From Chthonomonadaceae bacterium (GTDB lineage: Bacteria > Armatimonadota > Chthonomonadetes > Chthonomonadales > Chthonomonadaceae): a stretch of DNA of 43,505 nt. Made by a program: the position numbers and the translations under genes. The stretch is taken from NCBI GenBank assembly GCA_035650735.1, contig DASRGZ010000015.1, positions 1-43,505 on the forward strand, given 5' to 3'. Below the pieces are notes generated by a model that saw only the letters and a program-made list of their open reading frames with translations, did not search any database and was not told the origin of the DNA. Positions 36,866 to 43,505 of the stretch are shown piece after piece. Each line of letters starts with the position of its first letter. The stretch's first letter is position 1.

Positions 36866-39800
36866 TCACTCCACCCAGACGGTCTGCCGGCCCAACAGAC
36901 GTTCCAGCGCCGCGCGGAACGGCTCCGTAAACTCGGCGAATAGCGGCGTGCGTACAACATGAAGCTGGTTGCCCTCCGGGACGTGCAGGTAGACCTCCTG
37001 AGCGCTGCCAGAGCCCCGATACTGCTCCACCGTATCGCGCACAAAGCGCAGCATCTCTCGCTTCGATGGGTCCAGGCGAATATGAATCTGACGGGGGCCG
37101 CTGTTGGCGTTGGCGGCGCCGCCGGCCAGCGGCTGTACCTCATCTGCTAGAATCTCGACGATGTGCCCGCCCTCATCATCTTCCCGCACGCGCTCCCGGT
37201 GGCTGGTCCGCCCGCGCAGCAGCACGATTTTATCCTTTTCGAGGTGGTGGCCCTGCGTGGTGTAGGCGGACGGGAACATCGTGCAGGAGACTGTTCCCGT
37301 CATATCTTCGAGCGTGAAGAAGCACATGGGCTCCCCGCTCTTCTTGGAGGTGAAGGGTTTGAGGCTGGTGATGATGCCGCCGAGCATGACCTCCTGGCGG
37401 TCGGCAATCTCGGCTAGGTCAGCGATGCGCGTGATGCCGCGCTTGTCGAAGGTGGCGAGATGGGCCTGGAGCGGGTGGTCGGAGATGTAGAGGCCCAGAA
37501 GCTCACGCTCGAAGCCGAGCAGTTGATCGCGCGGATAGTCGAGGATGTTGGGGATGGGAATGGTTTCGGCGGCAGCGCCGGCGTCCTCCTCGCCGAACAT
37601 CTCCATTAGCGACGCCTGGCCCATCTTCTTTTCGCGCTGGGCGCGCGTGGCGCTTTGCAGAACGTCGTCGAGCATCTGGACGAGGGCGCGGCGGTTGCCG
37701 TGCCCCGGCAATGAGGCGAACGCGCCGCACTGGATGAGGGCTTCTATCGTGCCGCGTGTCACGCCGCCCGCCTCCACCGCCAAAACCCGATGGCAGAAGT
37801 CGGTGAGCGAGGCGAAGGGACCGCCCTCCTCCCGCGCCCGCAGGATCACCTCCACCGCCCCCCGCCCGACGTTCTTGATGGCCGCCAGCCCGAATCGGAT
37901 CGCCTGCGAGGCAGCAGGCCCTTCCTTTTCCCTGTTGGAAGGTGTCGGGAGTTGTCCCTGTTCCCTGTCTCCTTGCGCCTTTTCCTTTGCTTCCCCTTCC
38001 CTGTTCCCTACCACCGTGAAGTCGGCGCTGCTGGCGTTGATGTCCGGTGGCAGGACGGGAATGCGCATCCGCTTGCACTCTTCCATGCAGGTGACCAGCT
38101 TATCGCTCTTTTCGATGAAGCAGGCCATCAGCGCAGCCATGTACTCTACGGGATAGTTGGCTTTGAGGTAGGCGGTCTGGTAGGCGACCATCGCGTAACA
38201 GACGGCATGAGCCTTGTTGAAGGCGTAGCCCGCGAACGGCTCCATCAGGTCGAAAATCTCGTTGGCCTTCTTCTCGGAGACGCCCTTCTCCGCAGCCCCT
38301 TTGAGGAAGTTGGCGCGCTGCTTGACCATCTCCTCTTTCTTCTTCTTGCCCATGGCGCGGCGCAGAATATCGGCCTGACCGAGCGAGTAGCCCGCAATAA
38401 TGCGCGCGATCTGCATCACCTGATCCTGATAGACGATGACGCCGTAGGTCTCCTCCAGCACCTCCTTGAGCCAGGGATGCGGGTACTCGATAGGCTCCAG
38501 GCCGTGCTTGCAGCGGATGAAGCGCGGAATATGGGCCATCGGGCCGGGGCGATAGAGGGCGACCATAGCGGCGACGTCGCGCACGGTGGTCGGCTTAAGC
38601 TCCTGGATGTAGCGGCGCATCTGCGGCGACTCTAGCTGGAACACGCCGACGCACTCGCCGTTGCCGAGCAGCTCGTAGGTCTTGGGGTCGTCAAGGGGAA
38701 GATGGCGCACGTCGAGCTTCTTGCCGGTGGTCTGCTCCACGTTCTTGACGGCCTGGCCCAGGATGGAGAGGTTGATCAGGCCCAGGAAGTCCATCTTCAG
38801 CAGGCCGATCTTCTCCAGCGTGCCGGCCACGTACTGCGTGACGTAGCCGCCGTCGGCGGATCGGGTGAGCGGGGTGTACTCGACCAGCGGGTTGTGCGAG
38901 ATGATCACGCCCGCCGCATGGACGGAGGCGTGCCGGGAGATGCCTTCCAGGCGCTTGGCAGTGTCTATGAGCTTGCGGGCGTTGGGATCGCGGATGTAGG
39001 CGTTCTTGAACTCCGGGTTGACCTCCATTGTTTTGTCAATGGTCATGCCGACGGGAATGGTCGGGATCATCTTGCAGAGGCGATCCACCTCGGAGCCGGG
39101 CATACCCAGGGCGCGGCCCGCATCCTTGAGGACGGCGCGCGCCGCCAGCGTCCCGAACGTGATGATCTGGGCGACACGGGCCTCGGACGGATCAATATGG
39201 TTGGGATCGTTCGGTTTGTTAAAGGCTTCGGGCGGCGTGTATTTTTTCGTGACGTACTCGATGACCTCGGCGCGGCGGGCGTCCTCGAAGTCCATATCCA
39301 CGTCGGGCATCTGGACGCGCTCCGGGTTGAGGAATCGCTCGAAGGTCAGGCCGTACTCGACCGGGTCAATGTCGGTGATGTCCACTAAATAGGAGGTGAG
39401 GCTGCCCGCCGCCGAGCCGCGCACGCCGAAGAAGATGCCCTTCGACTGGGCGAACTTGGCGAAGTCGCGCACGATGAGGATGTACTGCGAGAAGCCGGTC
39501 TTCTCGATGACGTCGAGCTCGTAGTTGAGGCGCTCGCAGACGGCCTCGGGCGGGTTGCCGTTGTATTTGCGGATCAGGCCCTCCTGGGCCAGTTGGGTCA
39601 GGTAGGCGTGCGGAGTGTACCCCTCCGGGATGCCGGGCGAGGGCAGCGGACAGCGCCCGAACTCCAGTTCCACATCGCAGCGCTCGGCAATCTCTAAAGT
39701 CTGCTCCACGGCGTAGGGGTGGTCGCGGAAGAGGGCTTTCATCTGCTCCGCGTCCTTAAGGTAGAACTCCTGGGTGGCGTAGCGGAGGCGGTCGGCGTCG

Positions 39801-40501
39801 TTGACATTCGCGCCCGTGCCGATGCAGAGCAGAATGTCGTGGGCGTCGGCGTCCTGGCTGCCGAGGTAGTGGACATCGTTGGAGCAGATAATGGGCAGCT
39901 TAAGCTCGCGGGCGATCTTCAAGAGGTCTTCGTTGCAGCGTATCTGTTCGGGGAGGTTGTGGTTCTGAATCTCGATATAGAAGTTGTCCTCGCCGAAGAG
40001 GTCGCGGTAGAAGCCGGCGGCATCGCGGGCGGTCTTGTAGTCGCCGCGCATCAGGGCGGTGCAGATCTCGCCGCCGAGGCAGGCGCTCGTTCCGATGAGG
40101 CCCTCGCGGTACTTCATCAGCAGGTCGCGGTCAATGCGGGGCTTGTAGTAGAAGCCTTCCAGGGCGGCGATGGAGGTGAGCTTGAGCAGGTTCTTGTAGC
40201 CCTGGAGGTTGCGGGCGAGCAGGACCATGTGATAGGCGGCGCTGTCGCGCTTGGGCTCTTTGTCGGTGTGGCGGCGGGGGGCGACGTAGGCTTCGACGCC
40301 GAGGATGGGCTTGACGCCGTAGCTTTTGCACTTGGTGTAGAAGTCCGCCGTGCCGTACATAACGCCGTGGTCGGTGAGAGCCAGGGCGGGCATGCCCAGT
40401 TCGGCGGCGCGCTGGATGAGCGGGTCGAGGCGGTTGGCGCCGTCGAGCAGGCTGAATTCGGAGTGGCAATGAAGGTGGACAAAATCGCTGCTGTTGGCCA
40501 T
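36866..40501 (-). CDS. dnaE: DNA polymerase III subunit alpha
   Basis: PHP motifs HLHCHSEFSLLDG, RGSAAGSL, MPDVDMD, KMDFLGL, YAFNKAHA; OB fold; no intein. Confidence 0.98.
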   Translation of the reverse strand: MANSSDFVHLHCHSEFSLLDGANRLDPLIQRAAELGMPALALTDHGVMYGTADFYTKCKSYGVKPILGVEAYVAPRRHTDKEPKRDSAAYHMVLLARNLQGYKNLLKLTSIAALEGFYYKPRIDRDLLMKYREGLIGTSACLGGEICTALMRGDYKTARDAAGFYRDLFGEDNFYIEIQNHNLPEQIRCNEDLLKIARELKLPIICSNDVHYLGSQDADAHDILLCIGTGANVNDADRLRYATQEFYLKDAEQMKALFRDHPYAVEQTLEIAERCDVELEFGRCPLPSPGIPEGYTPHAYLTQLAQEGLIRKYNGNPPEAVCERLNYELDVIEKTGFSQYILIVRDFAKFAQSKGIFFGVRGSAAGSLTSYLVDITDIDPVEYGLTFERFLNPERVQMPDVDMDFEDARRAEVIEYVTKKYTPPEAFNKPNDPNHIDPSEARVAQIITFGTLAARAVLKDAGRALGMPGSEVDRLCKMIPTIPVGMTIDKTMEVNPEFKNAYIRDPNARKLIDTAKRLEGISRHASVHAAGVIISHNPLVEYTPLTRSADGGYVTQYVAGTLEKIGLLKMDFLGLINLSILGQAVKNVEQTTGKKLDVRHLPLDDPKTYELLGNGECVGVFQLESPQMRRYIQELKPTTVRDVAAMVALYRPGPMAHIPRFIRCKHGLEPIEYPHPWLKEVLEETYGVIVYQDQVMQIARIIAGYSLGQADILRRAMGKKKKEEMVKQRANFLKGAAEKGVSEKKANEIFDLMEPFAGYAFNKAHAVCYAMVAYQTAYLKANYPVEYMAALMACFIEKSDKLVTCMEECKRMRIPVLPPDINASSADFTVVGNREGEAKEKAQGDREQGQLPTPSNREKEGPAASQAIRFGLAAIKNVGRGAVEVILRAREEGGPFASLTDFCHRVLAVEAGGVTRGTIEALIQCGAFASLPGHGNRRALVQMLDDVLQSATRAQREKKMGQASLMEMFGEEDAGAAAETIPIPNILDYPRDQLLGFERELLGLYISDHPLQAHLATFDKRGITRIADLAEIADRQEVMLGGIITSLKPFTSKKSGEPMCFFTLEDMTGTVSCTMFPSAYTTQGHHLEKDKIVLLRGRTSHRERVREDDEGGHIVEILADEVQPLAGGAANANSGPRQIHIRLDPSKREMLRFVRDTVEQYRGSGSAQEVYLHVPEGNQLHVVRTPLFAEFTEPFRAALERLLGRQTVWVE

Positions 40502-40598
40502 CGTCTGCTTTCAATCCCTTCCCCTGCCCCTGCGGCCAGGGTCGGTTCGCCAAAGGTTGAGAATCTCCGCCTGGCGACCTACACTGCGAGATAGGGAT

Positions 40599-40643
40599 AG
40601 ACCTCACCCCCGGCCCCTCTCCTTCTGAAGGAGAGGGGAGAGG
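40599..40643. repeat. CCCCTCTCC-N-GGAGAGGGG palindromic REP-like element, copy 2
   Basis: 40/45 identical to the reverse complement of 3235-3279. Confidence 0.8.
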
Positions 40644-40978
40644 AGAAGCCCTTACTCCCTATCCCTCTTCCAGGTTACGGGACAGGGGAGTTTCTGTCTT
40701 CAAAACAGTAGACAAAGATGCCAGAGGGCTGCCTGAATTGGCAATAGGGTAGAGCCGGGATGCGGACGTGATAGGACGCTATGTAGCGCAATAAAGAACG
40801 ATTGTCCCTATATTTAGGCTACTGCGCTATTCTAGTTCGCTCGGTACTTTCTGGCAAGTAGACGTGTTTCCACGCAACACACCTGCTGATTCTATCTGTG
40901 AGTCCCTGACAGTAAATGAGTTAGAGAATTTTGGGGCCTCCTCCCGCCGACCTTAAGCGGGCGGGTAAAGACCGTCTT

Positions 40979-41018
40979 TAATCTTCATCCAGGTTATCTA
41001 ATCTTCATCCAGGTTATC
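40979..41018. repeat. perfect 20-bp tandem duplication
   Basis: TAATCTTCATCCAGGTTATC x2. Confidence 0.95.
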
Positions 41019-41033
41019 GTAGTGTCACGGCCA

Positions 41034-41042
41034 TGTGGATAA
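41034..41042 (-). promoter_or_regulatory. consensus DnaA box upstream of dnaE
   Basis: TGTGGATAA, i.e. TTATCCACA on the minus strand; single copy, function unproven. Confidence 0.35.
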
Positions 41043-41043
41043 T

Positions 41044-42845
41044 GGGTCAGCGCCAACTTCGGTGAAGGCCGCCCGTCTGCTATAGGGTCAGACCGGGTTC
41101 AGTACGCGCCTCCGCAGCAAGTCAAAGTTGGCTCTGCCGTACCCGCGCCGCTTCACGAATTTGAGCCGGTTCACGCTTCCTTCCACTGGCCCATTACTCC
41201 AATGCAGCGATAGTCCCGCTTCGACGGCGGCCTGGTCGCGCTGTAAACTGGCGGCATAACCACGCATCGGGGCCACCTCACAGGCAAACGCCTCGGTCAG
41301 CCAAGCGGTCAAGTTTTGTTTCTGCGGAGTTCGCGGTGTTTGGCGCACGATCTGCAGAAACCGCTGGCTCAGTTGGGCGGCGATATGGAACGGCTCACAG
41401 AGGCGGGCGAGTTGTTCCAACACGGCTATCTGACGGGAGCTGCGCTCACTTTCCCGCCGTAAGAGCCACTGGACGACTTGGGACGGCGTTACTAGCGGGG
41501 CAGACGGCGGCAGGATGTCTGCTGATCCGCGCAGCGGCTTGACCCAGTCTTTGAGCGTGGTATAGCAACCCTGGTACCCTTGGGCGCGGATCTCGGAGAG
41601 AAGCTCTACGACATTGTGGCAGCCCTCTTCCCACCGGCGGCGCAGATACGCTTCATAGGCCTCGAGCTTACGAGGCCGCTTCTGGGTCGGTGTGCGTTGC
41701 TTGCGCTCGGGAAACAGGTCGGCACAGAGGAACTTGCGGATGGTCTTCCGATCCAGGTGCAGGCGGCGGTGGATATCGCTCTGGCTCAGCCCCTCGCGCC
41801 AGAGTTGGCGGACCGCTTCGTAGCGATCCAGGCGCTCCTGGCGGTGAGATTGTTTCAGGCGTTCGGCGTAGAGGACTCGCGCTGGAACGGTACGGACGGG
41901 CTTTCCCTCTGGGGTTTGTGTGTCCAGCCCTGCGCTCGTTGGAGCGGCAGACTGGGCTGCGAGCTGCTGTGCTGCCTGCCGTAGCAGCAGGCGCTTATCG
42001 TCCAAGAAGCGTTCGAGCGCCTGTCCCAGGTTTCTGACCAGATGCCAGCGGTCTGCCACCTGCACGGCCTCAGGCGCCCCCTGTCGGACGGCGTCCGCAT
42101 AGCACTCGGCACGATCTCGGGTGACGATCTGGACACCGGGGTGAGACTGCAGCCACTGAGCAACCGTTTCGGTATCGCGATCTGGCAGCAGGTCTACGAC
42201 GCAGTGGCGCTCGTGGTCATAGAGCAGAGTGCCATATCGGTGTCCCCGCCGAAACGCCCAGTCGTCTATGCCCAGCACGCGCGGGGTGGGAAACGCGGGA
42301 AGCGGGGCCGCACGTTCCAGACGCAGGAGTGTCGTGGCGCTGGTGTCCAGAGCCAGGTGCTAGGCCAGGCGCACACCGGGTCGGCTTCCGAGCGCTTGGG
42401 CGAGTGCCGTTTGCGCCTGTCGCAGACGTTCTGTTCTCTGGGCATAGGGGCGGGCCAACTCTGGCAGACGCTCGGCAAAGATACGGCGGGGGCAGCGGGA
42501 GTTGGCGCAAAAGAAACGGCGCACGCGGACCCGCAGGCACACCGCCTGACCATTCTGAGGCAAGTCGGCCAGCGTCCGCCAGTACTGGCTGTGAACCCGG
42601 TGGGACAGACGGTTGCAAACGGGGCAGCGTTGGCGTGACGTGGCGGATTTGACGCACATCACGGCGGGATCGTGTTCGGCTGCCGGGAGCCGCCTCAGTC
42701 CGGGAGGCAGCACAAAAGCAGAGGGCATGGGGACACCTCACAGGGGAGATTTCACCATGCCCCCTACGCCAATGCGGAGGAAAATTCCCCTCCCAGTCTG
42801 ACCCTATAGCAGACGGGCGGCCTTCACCGAAGTTGGCGCTGACCC
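41044..42845 (-). mobile_element. ISL3-family insertion sequence (~1.8 kb)
   Basis: Perfect 50-bp terminal inverted repeats GGGTCAGCGCCAACTTCGGTGAAGG... (41044-41093 and 42796-42845) enclosing an ISL3 transposase; no target duplication. Confidence 0.92.
41088..42728 (-). pseudogene. ISL3 transposase with a single in-frame TAG
   Basis: Zinc finger CPVC...RFFCANSRC; motifs LGIDDWAFRRG, DRWHL and SNGPVEGSVNRLK; TAG at 42360-42362 splits two in-frame ORFs. Confidence 0.92.
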
Positions 42846-42872
42846 ACGATTCACTTTGCCCTTGGCACACAA

Positions 42873-42908
42873 GGCCCCCTCTCCTGTGTTGTTTCAGGAA
42901 AGGGGGCC
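42873..42908 (-). terminator. hairpin downstream of rpoC (terminator or REP-like)
   Basis: 14-bp stem GGCCCCCTTTCCTG/CAGGAGAGGGGGCC with one G-U pair on the minus strand; weak U-tract. Confidence 0.5.
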
Positions 42909-43003
42909 AAAGAGGGAAGAGCTTCCAGGAACCGGCGTTCATCCGGTCCCAGGAAAATGCCTCTCCCCTCCCCCTGTTCTTGGGGAGGGTTAGGGTGGGG
43001 GGC

Positions 43004-43505
<502 letters not shown>

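Noticed and set aside
36866..40501. Intein in DnaE
   Set aside because: Length is normal and the insertions lack C/S...HN splice motifs
40640..41042. Replication origin upstream of dnaE
   Set aside because: Only one consensus DnaA box and no clear unwinding element; insufficient evidence
35724..42362. TAG recoding (two in-frame TAGs, in vapC and the transposase)
   Set aside because: Many intact genes here end at TAG at the expected position (e.g. lpdA, AI-2E transporter, methylase), so TAG is a stop

Overview
GC-rich bacterial chromosomal window; the gene style suggests an Armatimonadota-like organism (inference only). It runs from a cell-surface/ECF-sigma region, through carbohydrate-catabolism genes, to dnaE and the 3' end of rpoC. 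The catabolic genes are a GH66-like glycosidase, a xylose-isomerase-like enzyme, a Gfo/Idh/MocA oxidoreductase, a PfkB-aldolase-E1alpha-E1beta operon and lpdA. Two hybrid histidine kinases and an S8 protease lie among them. Several disarmed selfish modules are embedded: (i) an EcoRV-like R-M pair destroyed by frameshifts, a fusion deletion and a 70-bp mini-element with 26-bp inverted repeats and an 8-bp target duplication; (ii) an AvaI/BsoBI-like R-M pair with an intact methylase, a frameshifted endonuclease and a perfect 30-bp direct repeat around 38 unique bp at the endonuclease start, resembling an ectopic CRISPR spacer integration or an att scar; (iii) a VapBC pair whose toxin carries a nonsense codon; (iv) an ISL3 element with a nonsense codon, ~50-bp perfect inverted repeats and no target duplication. 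REP/REPIN-like and heptamer repeats occur between genes, and one set lies in frame inside dnaE. All family calls come from motif recognition by eye; no database searches were run.
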